Positions 37,946 through 45,980 of a stretch of DNA of 64,000 bases are shown in pieces (within the stretch, counting starts at the first letter, position 1; every line of letters begins with the position of its first letter). The notes beneath the pieces were generated by a model. The model made no database searches. It saw only the letters and a list, made by a program, of their open reading frames with translations, and was not told the DNA's origin. The translations under genes were made by a program, and so were the position numbers. This stretch comes from an uncultured virus (IMG/VR IMGVR_UViG_3300023109_000008) (taxonomy: Duplodnaviria > Heunggongvirae > Uroviricota > Caudoviricetes). The stretch is from IMG/VR virus record IMGVR_UViG_3300023109_000008. One strand, given 5' to 3'.

Positions 37946-38671
37946 TTATTTTTTTTCCATGCAGACAAAAGGAATGATTCCTTTGCCTGGCTTTTCGATT
38001 GTAACATTGAATCCATACTCACCCAACGTCTCCACCAAAAAGTCTATGTTATATAGTGACAAGAAGTGTTGAACATCTAATTTGTATGCACTAATCTTGT
38101 CGTATAAGATTGTCTCGTTGTTGTAGAGGTATGCAATGTTTTTACCTTTCATCTCTGATAGGTCAACACAATGCCCGTAATCCTCTATCCTTTTATCGTA
38201 AAAGAATTTGTGGATCTCATCCCTGTTGATGTCTAAGACACTCACTGCCAGTTTTTTGAAATCAAACCAATTTAACCATTCTAAAGTCTCAACAAACTCA
38301 GTTAGATCAGTATGAGTGAATACACTGTATGCAAAGATGTAGTCCTGTTTATAATCAACCTCTGGAAACTTCTTCTGTAGAGGCCAGTAGTGAGGTAACT
38401 CAACACCTTTTGGATTGTACATCCAGTTCCATTTATTATTATGAATAAACGTTGCGTTTGGAAAGTCCTGTTTGCCCAATTCGAGCGCCTTAGTACTTAC
38501 GTCAATAGATGTATAATTATGGTCTGTAATTCCACCACTAGAGTGATAAAGTAAATTTCCCCTATTACCGCCAAAATCTAAAACCTTTTCTGTGGGTTGA
38601 TAGTCAGGGAAGAGTTCTTTGAAGAACGGATAGACATCGTGTCCTTCCCTAACGTGAACATAATTACTCAT
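37946..38671 (-). CDS. Class I SAM-dependent methyltransferase
   Basis: VLDFGGNRG, SIDVS, DYIFAYSVFTH. Confidence 0.8.
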   Translation of the reverse strand: MSNYVHVREGHDVYPFFKELFPDYQPTEKVLDFGGNRGNLLYHSSGGITDHNYTSIDVSTKALELGKQDFPNATFIHNNKWNWMYNPKGVELPHYWPLQKKFPEVDYKQDYIFAYSVFTHTDLTEFVETLEWLNWFDFKKLAVSVLDINRDEIHKFFYDKRIEDYGHCVDLSEMKGKNIAYLYNNETILYDKISAYKLDVQHFLSLYNIDFLVETLGEYGFNVTIEKPGKGIIPFVCMEKK

Positions 38672-39275
38672 GTCGTTCTACGACGATAGGTTCTTTTCTG
38701 TAGTGGGGGAACCTGCCTTCACCAAAGTGATGATCTCTTTGATCCAGTTCCATATCCCTAAAACCTATTCCCATCATGAGTTCAATATTGTTTTCACAAC
38801 CAATTATATTTTTAACATTCTCTTGATGCAGACCTGCACAATACCCTGTTTCATAACCAAGGGAATGTGCAATGTAATTCAAGTATCCAGCCGCAACACC
38901 AATGTTCATCCACGAATCTCTGTCGAGTTCCCACTCTGGTTGGGTGTTGAACCAAGTATACTTTTCATTCCTCTTCAACATGGTATCACTGTAGTTTGGT
39001 TTCTCAAACACAATAAGAATATTTGCCATGTTTTGACTATTAGTAACAGTCACACCATTTGGTAATGTGAAGATCCTTGTCTCTTCTAAGATCTGCGCCT
39101 GCATCTCTTTATCTGTAATCAGATGAATTTTATAGAAGGCGAAGTTCTGTTTACTTGGACAGTTCTGCAATGCGTGTAAAAAGATATCAATATGTTCTTC
39201 TGGAATCGTCTTTGAGTGATCCCAGTTCCTAGTACATATCTGACTTCTGTCTACAATGCTTTTTATATCTGTCAT
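38664..39275 (-). CDS. Nitroreductase-like protein
   Basis: SQICTRNW, CPSKQN, GVAAGY, LGYETGYC, MGIGF. Confidence 0.7.
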   Translation of the reverse strand: MTDIKSIVDRSQICTRNWDHSKTIPEEHIDIFLHALQNCPSKQNFAFYKIHLITDKEMQAQILEETRIFTLPNGVTVTNSQNMANILIVFEKPNYSDTMLKRNEKYTWFNTQPEWELDRDSWMNIGVAAGYLNYIAHSLGYETGYCAGLHQENVKNIIGCENNIELMMGIGFRDMELDQRDHHFGEGRFPHYRKEPIVVERHE

Positions 39276-40243
39276 TCTATTTCAATAATCTTGATGTCAC
39301 GTGGGCGCATCGTGTTAATCTTTATATTAGAGTCGTGTGGAACGGTGTGCACGTTACCGTAGTGATCAGTTACTTCCTGTCCACCCATTTCTGTAGTATC
39401 TACAACCTTAACATATCTGAACTCTTTGCCTGTTGACGGATGAGTTCCCATGTCTGGATATTGAGTGAGTGTGTCACCATTTCCCGCCCCAAGCGCAATC
39501 TCTGTTTCATCTGTTTCGTATCTTGGTCTACCATCTTGACCATAACCGATACCTATCCCATACGCAATTCTTTTCTTACCAGCTCTGACATCCTCAAGGA
39601 TACCAAGTTTGTTTTCAAAATAATCATCACCATCAAAATCACCGTGACTTTTATTACACCCAGTCTGTAGACCTAATTGGTTCGCAGTAAACAAGATCAT
39701 CCCCATGGCAATACCAATAGAGACATATGCATTTTCCCAACGTTCTGGGCGATTGTTTTCTTTTAAGGATCCATCTACATGACAGTTTTCTTGTCCTGAT
39801 GGTTCTTTCGCAACAAACAAAATATACATGTTTGCATTTGCTTGTGCGTTTCTCCAAGTTGATGGTGGGGTTCTACTGTGAGTACATCCCCAAGTGTATC
39901 GGGACATCTCTTGAATTGTGTCCCTATCTTCTGACCAGTAAACGTCATAAAAACCTTCGTGTTGTTTTGAAGGTGCATTTTGTGCAATCCATAGGAGATG
40001 ATCTCGTACTGATGAATTGATGTCTCTGGTGTAATTCCAATTTCTTTGGCACTTTTGTGCCCTGCGTATTACTTCTTGATCCATGTCAAGACCATACTGC
40101 AGATGTTTTACTTTTGTCTCACGTGTCTCTTCGTCTGGATTACTGAGACCTGCCTTATCCAAGTAATTCTCTATTACTGGATCTTCCAATGGTGGGCCAT
40201 ATTTTCTTACATGTGCGAGTTCTTCGTCACTTAACTTTGTCAT
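39272..40243 (-). CDS. Nitroreductase-like protein
   Basis: QKCQRNW, APSKQH, SIGIAMG, LGLQTGC, GIGIGY. Confidence 0.7.
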   Translation of the reverse strand: MTKLSDEELAHVRKYGPPLEDPVIENYLDKAGLSNPDEETRETKVKHLQYGLDMDQEVIRRAQKCQRNWNYTRDINSSVRDHLLWIAQNAPSKQHEGFYDVYWSEDRDTIQEMSRYTWGCTHSRTPPSTWRNAQANANMYILFVAKEPSGQENCHVDGSLKENNRPERWENAYVSIGIAMGMILFTANQLGLQTGCNKSHGDFDGDDYFENKLGILEDVRAGKKRIAYGIGIGYGQDGRPRYETDETEIALGAGNGDTLTQYPDMGTHPSTGKEFRYVKVVDTTEMGGQEVTDHYGNVHTVPHDSNIKINTMRPRDIKIIEIE

Positions 40244-40370
40244 TTTGATAGTACCTATACATCTTCACATACCACATAAAAGAATTAGGGTAGTGGGTTG
40301 GATCTGGTAAAGGTATTCCCCTTCTTGCCCAGAAATGTAGAAACATTGTAATTTCGTGATCTGTTGTCAT
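40227..40370 (-). CDS. Small hypothetical protein (47 aa)
   Basis: Hand translation MTTDHEITMFLHFWARRGIPLPDPTHYPNSFMWYVKMYRYYQNDKVK; AATAAATA just upstream. Confidence 0.55.
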   Translation of the reverse strand: MTTDHEITMFLHFWARRGIPLPDPTHYPNSFMWYVKMYRYYQNDKVK

Positions 40371-40389
40371 ACTATTTATTCATTAAATC

Positions 40390-40463
40390 TGGCAGGAGTG
40401 CAGGGAGTCGAACCCCAGCTTTTGGATTTGGAATCCAACGTGCTTCCATAACACTTCACTCCT
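40390..40463 (-). tRNA. tRNA-Trp (CCA)
   Basis: Acceptor AGGAGTG/CACTCCT-G-CCA; anticodon arm TTGGA-TTCCAAA-TCCAA. Confidence 0.93.
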
Positions 40464-40465
40464 AT

Positions 40466-40542
40466 TGGTCTCAGTGGCTGGATTTGAACCAACGACATCT
40501 ACGTCCCAAACGTAGCGGTCTACCAGACTGACCTACACTGAG
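40466..40542 (-). tRNA. tRNA-Pro (TGG)
   Basis: Acceptor CTCAGTG/CACTGAG-A-CCA; anticodon arm CTACG-TTTGGGA-CGTAG. Confidence 0.93.
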
Positions 40543-40548
40543 TAAAGT

Positions 40549-40596
40549 GAAGGGGCGACATTGTAAGTTGTAAGAGAAAGGAGATGTCGCCCCTTC
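40549..40596 (-). ncRNA. Hairpin sRNA candidate with loop antisense to phage early leaders
   Basis: 13-bp perfect stem GAAGGGGCGACAT/ATGTCGCCCCTTC; 22-nt loop CUCCUUUCUCUUACAACUUACA on the transcribed strand. Confidence 0.55.
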
Positions 40597-40603
40597 TTGA
40601 CGA

Positions 40604-41479
40604 CTAGTCGTCAAACAGTTTTGCAAGGGTTGCTGGCCCTGCGATACCATCAGCAGTCAATCCATTGTCTGACTGCCATTTTTTCAATGCACGTTCTGTG
40701 CCTGGCCCAAAGTCTCCGTCTGCACCAATACCCAATGCTTCTTGCATCAGTTTGACTCCATCGCCTTTTGCACCTTTACGTAGTACACCGATATCGTCAA
40801 TGATATCTTCGATGTCATCATCATCTGCAGCGAGATCTTCTGCGTCCATTCCTAGAACTTCCATAGCGTGCATGTAACGTTTCTTACGATCATCCAAGCC
40901 AATAGAGCCACCATTAATTTTTTTCGTCATTTTCTTAACGTCATCACCATCGGCAATATCGTTTAGATTATTTGCGTCCCAGAACCAACATGCACTTTCA
41001 ATTGCACCCGCTGGTGTTGCAACGTACACTGCCGCTTCTTCTGCAGTCATATCTACAGTTTTACCAAAGCGTGTATAGTTCTCACGGCCAGTCAACTGTT
41101 TCAAGCCTCGGCCTCTGAATAACCATCCGTCACCCTCGTTGACATTGCCCATTTTGTATTTACGGAACTCGTCCATATACACATAATTTGCAATCATCTC
41201 CGGCTGTCTGTGATATTCGTCTGCATCACGTTTTGGAGATGCGCCGAAGTATCTACCAAAGACGGCACGTAGAGCCTTTGCAGAGTAGTTTAAATTTTCT
41301 TCTAATTTCTTAAAACCTGCAGATTCATGTGCACATTGAGATAAGAAGTGCGCCACTCTACGTTCAGTTGTAATGCCGTACTTTGGAAGAAGTTCACAAA
41401 GTGCGTCATACCAATCATCTGCATCTGCAGAAATAATTTCCCCAAGGTGTTCCTTGGTAAAGTCGAATTCAAAACTCAT
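40604..41479 (-). CDS. Endolysin, glycoside hydrolase family 19 with C-terminal peptidoglycan-binding domain
   Basis: FLSQCAHES, EENLNYS, FRGRGLKQLTGRENY, INGG; ADGDFGPGT / ADGIAGPAT PG-binding repeats. Confidence 0.92.
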   Translation of the reverse strand: MSFEFDFTKEHLGEIISADADDWYDALCELLPKYGITTERRVAHFLSQCAHESAGFKKLEENLNYSAKALRAVFGRYFGASPKRDADEYHRQPEMIANYVYMDEFRKYKMGNVNEGDGWLFRGRGLKQLTGRENYTRFGKTVDMTAEEAAVYVATPAGAIESACWFWDANNLNDIADGDDVKKMTKKINGGSIGLDDRKKRYMHAMEVLGMDAEDLAADDDDIEDIIDDIGVLRKGAKGDGVKLMQEALGIGADGDFGPGTERALKKWQSDNGLTADGIAGPATLAKLFDD

Positions 41480-41499
41480 GAGTTTGTTTTTCCTTATAT

Positions 41500-41577
41500 T
41501 GGCCTCCTCTGTAGGACTCGAACCTACGACCCTCTGCTTAGAAGGCAGATGCTCTAATCCAGCTGAGCTAAGAGGAG
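41500..41577 (-). tRNA. tRNA-Arg (TCT)
   Basis: Acceptor CTCCTCT/AGAGGAG-G-CCA; anticodon arm TCTGC-CTTCTAA-GCAGA. Confidence 0.93.
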
Positions 41578-41715
41578 TATTAAGATTATAATGCTGGCAA
41601 GTATTAGGAATGAATTACGCCAAGACCATGATAAAAAACCTATTGCGAAACGCAGTAAGGAAAAACAGAGGATCATCAAAAAGAAGATGAATCCAAAGGC
41701 CATAATCCATTCCAT
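41554..41715 (-). CDS. Small hydrophobic membrane peptide overlapping the tRNA-Arg 5' end
   Basis: Hand translation MEWIMAFGFIFFLMILCFSLLRFAIGFLSWSWRNSFLILASIIILILLLAQLD. Confidence 0.45.
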   Translation of the reverse strand: MEWIMAFGFIFFLMILCFSLLRFAIGFLSWSWRNSFLILASIIILILLLAQLD

Positions 41716-41720
41716 AATAT

Positions 41721-41939
41721 TTAGTCGAAGTCCAGACCACCTGCTGAGAAGGCGTGACTGTCAAGACCGTAGTCTTCTAGACTTGGTTCAGTCCAACCAC
41801 GGGCATCAGGGCCCAGATCGTAGTAAAGACTGAAGTCTCCGTCTTTGGTCAAACGGTCAACGCCTGCGGCGTCATCCATTGCGTCCAGTGTTTCATCATC
41901 GAACATGTCTTCGATTTTCATTGCTTTTGATTTAGGCAT
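41721..41939 (-). CDS. Acidic hypothetical protein
   Basis: Start MPKSK with SD GGAG. Confidence 0.6.
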   Translation of the reverse strand: MPKSKAMKIEDMFDDETLDAMDDAAGVDRLTKDGDFSLYYDLGPDARGWTEPSLEDYGLDSHAFSAGGLDFD

Positions 41940-42096
41940 ATGCATTCTCCATTTCAAATTGATCTACAATTGCAGACTTTTCTGCAATCAAACGTTCGAG
42001 AGTGTATATTGCCATACGTCTCTCATCACTTGCACCTTCAGTAAGATTAATTACTGCATCTTCAAGAACCTGTATGTCCTTCACCAACTCATTCAT
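41932..42096 (-). CDS. Hypothetical protein (54 aa)
   Basis: Hand translation MNELVKDIQVLEDAVINLTEGASDERRMA...; SD GGAG. Confidence 0.6.
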   Translation of the reverse strand: MNELVKDIQVLEDAVINLTEGASDERRMAIYTLERLIAEKSAIVDQFEMENAYA

Positions 42097-42109
42097 AACG
42101 ATCTCCATC

Positions 42110-42295
42110 TTAGAGGTTTCCTTTCATTGACATCAAAAACGCACCGATAGCGGTAAGAGCACCACCCATAACGAGGGCTTGAATCATCTCGCCTGTTGAA
42201 TTTGCCAGTTCCATACATTGACCATCACAGTCACCTGCAGATCCAGCCATAATCATCAAACCAGAAAAAACTATCATTCCACCAACTATTTGCAT
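42110..42295 (-). CDS. Small two-TM membrane protein, early
   Basis: Two hydrophobic helices with GDCDGQC loop; first gene after an early promoter. Confidence 0.65.
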   Translation of the reverse strand: MQIVGGMIVFSGLMIMAGSAGDCDGQCMELANSTGEMIQALVMGGALTAIGAFLMSMKGNL

Positions 42296-42324
42296 ATCGT
42301 TTCCTTTGTCTCACTTACCTTATT

Positions 42325-42353
42325 AATATAATACCTTTTGCCCCAAATGTCAA
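42325..42353 (-). promoter_or_regulatory. Early promoter module
   Basis: TTGACA-N17-TATATT, leader AGGTAAGTGAGACAAAGGA. Confidence 0.8.
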
Positions 42354-42383
42354 GCCCTTGAGGCAACTTTTTTTCAATTATTT

Positions 42384-42812
42384 TCAATTATTTTCCAGAA
42401 CGTAATCTTTGTTCCATTTACCGACATTGATATCAATGTAGTATGCGTAATCAAAATAATCTGTCATGATGTCAGAGTTGTTGTACCAACGTGTACCTTT
42501 CATCGCTTTGATAAGGTCACCATAGAACTTTGCGATCTTGGTTTCACCAACCTCTTCCATCCACTGTTCACACCAGCTGGTGTTCACTTGAAGATAACCA
42601 CCAACATTATAAGGTGCCTCACCACGCCACTCTGCACGATGATCATTGTATTTCTGAGACGCACCCAGAAAATCCAGAACACCAGATTTGATATTTACAA
42701 CCAAAGAACTGTGATGGTTGATTGCGATAGAACCTTTCACACCGTATTTTTTCAATACTGCTTTGATTGCAGGTGCGAGTTCTTTTTTCTCTTGTTGTGA
42801 AATATATGCCAT
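42384..42812 (-). CDS. Conserved phage early protein
   Basis: MAYISQQEKKELAPAIKAVLKKYG...NSDIMTDYFD...GKWNKDY. Confidence 0.7.
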   Translation of the reverse strand: MAYISQQEKKELAPAIKAVLKKYGVKGSIAINHHSSLVVNIKSGVLDFLGASQKYNDHRAEWRGEAPYNVGGYLQVNTSWCEQWMEEVGETKIAKFYGDLIKAMKGTRWYNNSDIMTDYFDYAYYIDINVGKWNKDYVLENN

Positions 42813-42813
42813 G

Positions 42814-43062
42814 TTATGCTGCCTCTCCAAATAATTGACTCATGCCTACGTATACAACGTTGTAAGCATTTACTTCAGCTTCATACCACTCATAAAAGTC
42901 ATCATCTTCTTCAAATCGGTCACTACCACTTGCATGTTCATCCCATACACGTTGCATAGCATTCATACCCTCAAGTGCATCACCACGACCAAAGTTTGTG
43001 ATAGTGTTCCATGCTTCGTCAAAGGACATGGACATCTCATAAAAATTAGGAATTATAAACAT
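42814..43062 (-). CDS. Acidic hypothetical early protein
   Basis: Start MFIIPNF immediately after the promoter leader. Confidence 0.65.
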   Translation of the reverse strand: MFIIPNFYEMSMSFDEAWNTITNFGRGDALEGMNAMQRVWDEHASGSDRFEEDDDFYEWYEAEVNAYNVVYVGMSQLFGEAA

Positions 43063-43094
43063 TCGTTTCTCACTTTCTCTCAACTTACCTATAT

Positions 43095-43123
43095 AATATA
43101 GTACTTTTTACATCAAAAGGCAA
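43095..43123 (-). promoter_or_regulatory. Early promoter module
   Basis: TTGCCT-N17-TATATT, leader AGGTAAGTTGAGAGAAAGTGAG. Confidence 0.8.
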
Positions 43124-43185
43124 GCCTTTTTTGTAATTATTTTAAATTTTCTTTTCCAACAAAAACAATCACTTAGCGAGTTTCT

Positions 43186-43755
43186 ATGAAAAAAATAATT
43201 TTTTTCGTTGTGGCAGGTTACTTTTTATCCGCTTGTGGCCCTCAATCAGATCCGATATTCAATTATCAATCACCATATAAACACAATGATTATGCATTCG
43301 TGAAGGCAGCACATGGTTTCATCGGCCTCCATGAAAAGGAAGATAGGTCAAAGATCAAAGACCTTACAGGAGTAGATCCAGTCCACACAGAATGGTGTGC
43401 GGCTTTCGTGAACTCTATCCTAAAATTAAATAACGTGGCTGGTTCAGAGTCTGTCAATGAATATCCTCTGATGGCACGAAGTTTTTTGTTTTGGGGGATT
43501 GATGTTTGGGAACCAAGGATTGGAGACATCGTCGTCTTTCCAAGAGGCGATGCTGGATGGAAAGGACATGTCGGTTTCTACATTGAAACGAGAACAATAG
43601 ATGGTATAGATTATTATGTCATCCTTGGTGGTAATCAAAAGAACAAGGTAGGTTATGAACTCTACCCTGCTTATAAAGCCCTCTCTATTAGGAGATCAGC
43701 CCCCGTTCCCTTGAAGCGTCCATCACAATCTAAGCCTCCGTACGATCATGGATAG
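43186..43755 (+). CDS. Lipoprotein cysteine peptidase/amidase (TIGR02594-like, NlpC/P60-CHAP fold)
   Basis: Lipobox LSAC, WCAAFVN, GHVGF, LGGNQ. Confidence 0.8.
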   Translation: MKKIIFFVVAGYFLSACGPQSDPIFNYQSPYKHNDYAFVKAAHGFIGLHEKEDRSKIKDLTGVDPVHTEWCAAFVNSILKLNNVAGSESVNEYPLMARSFLFWGIDVWEPRIGDIVVFPRGDAGWKGHVGFYIETRTIDGIDYYVILGGNQKNKVGYELYPAYKALSIRRSAPVPLKRPSQSKPPYDHG

Positions 43756-44059
43756 GAAGAATGTTAAATTCAAAACGACTGTCTGAACATCCACCATAGT
43801 TTCCACCAAACATAAACCAACCCTTTGCACGTTCCCAAGTCGCAGTGATTTCGTTGAACACGGCGGGAACCAGTTTAGGATAAGGACTACCACAAGGACG
43901 ATCATCCACGATCATCACTGCAGGGCGATCATCATTCGGATCAAAGGGGCCGTCACAGTTGACGACATTCAAACAATTGTTTGTAGAACTGATTCCACCA
44001 TTTGTGCAATCGTATTCCCCAAATTCTGAGTTGCGATATACTGATACATTAAGTCCCAT
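43730..44059 (-). CDS. Hypothetical early protein
   Basis: DCTNGGISS, MFGGNY, SDSRF, PIHDR motifs. Confidence 0.65.
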   Translation of the reverse strand: MGLNVSVYRNSEFGEYDCTNGGISSTNNCLNVVNCDGPFDPNDDRPAVMIVDDRPCGSPYPKLVPAVFNEITATWERAKGWFMFGGNYGGCSDSRFEFNILPIHDRTEA

Positions 44060-44061
44060 GA

Positions 44062-44298
44062 TTAAGCTCCAATCGTGTTATAGTAACCATCTGCATAGAC
44101 GACGATGTCGCCTTCAAATGTCTCAACTTGTTTTTCAAGAACAGATCCTGTGAAGTATGCACAGGCATCTGATGCCCACTGGAAATCTTCAGACTTGATT
44201 GTCGTCTTAATAGGCATCTTCCAGTTACTCATGCCCTCTACTAGAAGATCGAAACCTTCTGCGATTTTTTCTTGTGTGTAATTCTTATATACGATCAT
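44062..44298 (-). CDS. Hypothetical early protein
   Basis: NWKMPI...ACAYFTG...ADGYY; translationally coupled. Confidence 0.65.
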   Translation of the reverse strand: MIVYKNYTQEKIAEGFDLLVEGMSNWKMPIKTTIKSEDFQWASDACAYFTGSVLEKQVETFEGDIVVYADGYYNTIGA

Positions 44299-44477
44299 TG
44301 CGAATACTCCGTTTTGTTTTCATACATGTCAAAGGCAGAATAGAAGTTATATTCACCATTGGGAAGTTGGGTAACGAATTCGAAATCAGGTTCCGAACCG
44401 TAACACACACGGCGTTCCACAACTGGTGCGCCTGCAATAGTCTGACATGTCCAGACATCATTCATAAAATTTACCAT
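44295..44477 (-). CDS. Hypothetical early protein
   Basis: 60-aa coupled ORF with SD GAGG. Confidence 0.55.
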   Translation of the reverse strand: MVNFMNDVWTCQTIAGAPVVERRVCYGSEPDFEFVTQLPNGEYNFYSAFDMYENKTEYSQ

Positions 44478-44677
44478 ATTACTTCCTCTGTTACGATCAT
44501 GCGACGACCTAAGTTTTGTTTGACACAGTTTTCTGTGTATGTTTTTACCGCACCGTCTGTGTACATCACAGTGATCAGTGTCTCATCATCTGCGTCTGTT
44601 GAGATCGATGTGATCTCGCCTTCTGCAGTGTAGTCACGATACTGTCGCAAAAATCCCATACCAACTTCAAACATCAT
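44471..44677 (-). CDS. Hypothetical early protein
   Basis: First ORF after promoter, SD AAGGA. Confidence 0.6.
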   Translation of the reverse strand: MMFEVGMGFLRQYRDYTAEGEITSISTDADDETLITVMYTDGAVKTYTENCVKQNLGRRMIVTEEVIW

Positions 44678-44705
44678 TTCGTCCTTTCGATCAACTTACT
44701 CTTAT

Positions 44706-44734
44706 AATATAGGGTATAAACAAGGAAAAGGCAA
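44706..44734 (-). promoter_or_regulatory. Early promoter module
   Basis: TTGCCT-N17-TATATT, leader AGTAAGTTGATCGAAAGGA; upstream AT tract identical to that of the 43.1 kb module. Confidence 0.8.
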
Positions 44735-44752
44735 GCCTTTTTTGTAATTATT

Positions 44753-45166
44753 TTAAATTTTCTTTCCTAATGTTTTCAATGACTTAAACTTTTTCGTCAA
44801 AATTTTCTCAAATTTTCTTGCTTCGACTTCGTACCAGAGATCCATATACTCATCATAAGTCGAATGATCAGACTGATTCGTTATATCTAATGTCTTACGT
44901 GCGTACTGCATCACGTGAACCATCTCATGACAGATCGTCGTAACCAGTTTAGAGAGGGAGAGGTTTGCGTTTACTTCAAGTTCGAACTCACGAGTATCGA
45001 TTGCGCAACAGTAACCGTATTGATGTGATTCCAGTTTGTTATTCAAGATCACATCAATCTCTAACGTGCGCATACGAGGCATCAGTTCGTCAATGCAGAA
45101 CCTGACCACCTGTTCTGCAATCGAACGTTTTAGTTTTGTCGAACCTTCTGCGTAAACGTAGTTCAT
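44753..45166 (-). CDS. Zincin-like metallopeptidase (HExxH)
   Basis: TICHEMVHVMQ followed by WYEVEA. Confidence 0.7.
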   Translation of the reverse strand: MNYVYAEGSTKLKRSIAEQVVRFCIDELMPRMRTLEIDVILNNKLESHQYGYCCAIDTREFELEVNANLSLSKLVTTICHEMVHVMQYARKTLDITNQSDHSTYDEYMDLWYEVEARKFEKILTKKFKSLKTLGKKI

Positions 45167-45801
45167 TATTGTGCACTCCTCATTTTAGTCATACGTTCTT
45201 TTGCTTCGATCCATTTCTCGAAAGCCAAAGGTTTACGTTGTTCGCCACACGCAAGTTTCTTTTCTTTGAACTTGGACTTCAAGATCTTTGCAGGTTCAGC
45301 ACCCATGAAACGTGAAACCAGTTTCAACAGATCACGACGAAACTGACGACCATGATGCCAGTTACCTAGACAGTGAGCCATCTCATGGATCAGTGTGTAT
45401 TCGTCAAGACCAGCGATCAGATCAAGAGTAATCGTGTTCCCACGTGCCCAACCTGCAAAACCTGCACCAGTGTTACGATTTTTTGATTGTACTGAAACAG
45501 GCATTATGTCACGACCTTTTTCATCACGTAACTTTGCCCACAATGCAGACTTAGTGATTTGATCACAACGCTTCTGCGCTTGACGCACCGTGTCAAACTC
45601 TTTTACTTGATACTCACGTTGGAACGCCCACTCACATTTGTAGGTTTTGGTCTTTTCGGAATCTTTACCGTAAGTACCTTTGTTCTGACTCATCTTCTGC
45701 TTTTGCAGATAGTCAAGATAACCTTGGATCAGTTTGGTTTCGTAACCTGCGTTACGCCACTGGTCAACTTGGTCAGACATTGATGTTGGATAACAAAGCA
45801 T
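45166..45801 (-). CDS. Zincin-like metallopeptidase (HExxH)
   Basis: LIHEMAHC...HHGRQF. Confidence 0.65.
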   Translation of the reverse strand: MLCYPTSMSDQVDQWRNAGYETKLIQGYLDYLQKQKMSQNKGTYGKDSEKTKTYKCEWAFQREYQVKEFDTVRQAQKRCDQITKSALWAKLRDEKGRDIMPVSVQSKNRNTGAGFAGWARGNTITLDLIAGLDEYTLIHEMAHCLGNWHHGRQFRRDLLKLVSRFMGAEPAKILKSKFKEKKLACGEQRKPLAFEKWIEAKERMTKMRSAQ

Positions 45802-45829
45802 ATTTGTACCTCTCTCTATTAACTTCAAG

Positions 45830-45862
45830 ATTATACTAACACGAAAAGGGCACAAATGTCAA
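45830..45862 (-). promoter_or_regulatory. Probable early promoter module
   Basis: GGCTTGACA -35 with TAGTAT/TATAAT downstream (spacing non-ideal); leader GAAGTTAATAGAGAGAGG. Confidence 0.6.
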
Positions 45863-45924
45863 GCCCGGCACGAAAAAAAGAATCTAAGGAAAACAAGCAC
45901 TTATAAAATAATTTGAAAAAAGTT

Positions 45925-45932
45925 TATAAATA
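45925..45932 (+). promoter_or_regulatory. T4-type late promoter
   Basis: TATAAATA upstream of the porin-like gene. Confidence 0.65.
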
Positions 45933-45980
45933 GTACGTTAATGACTTGATCATTTGTTTAAATTTTTATGGAGTATGGGT

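Noticed and set aside
40549..40596. Simple intrinsic terminator after the endolysin
   Set aside because: The loop is 22 nt and no poly-U follows on either strand; downstream tRNAs appear to need read-through.
37572..41577. Suppressor tRNA or alternative genetic code
   Set aside because: Anticodons are TCC, CCA, TGG and TCT, and genes are intact under the standard code.
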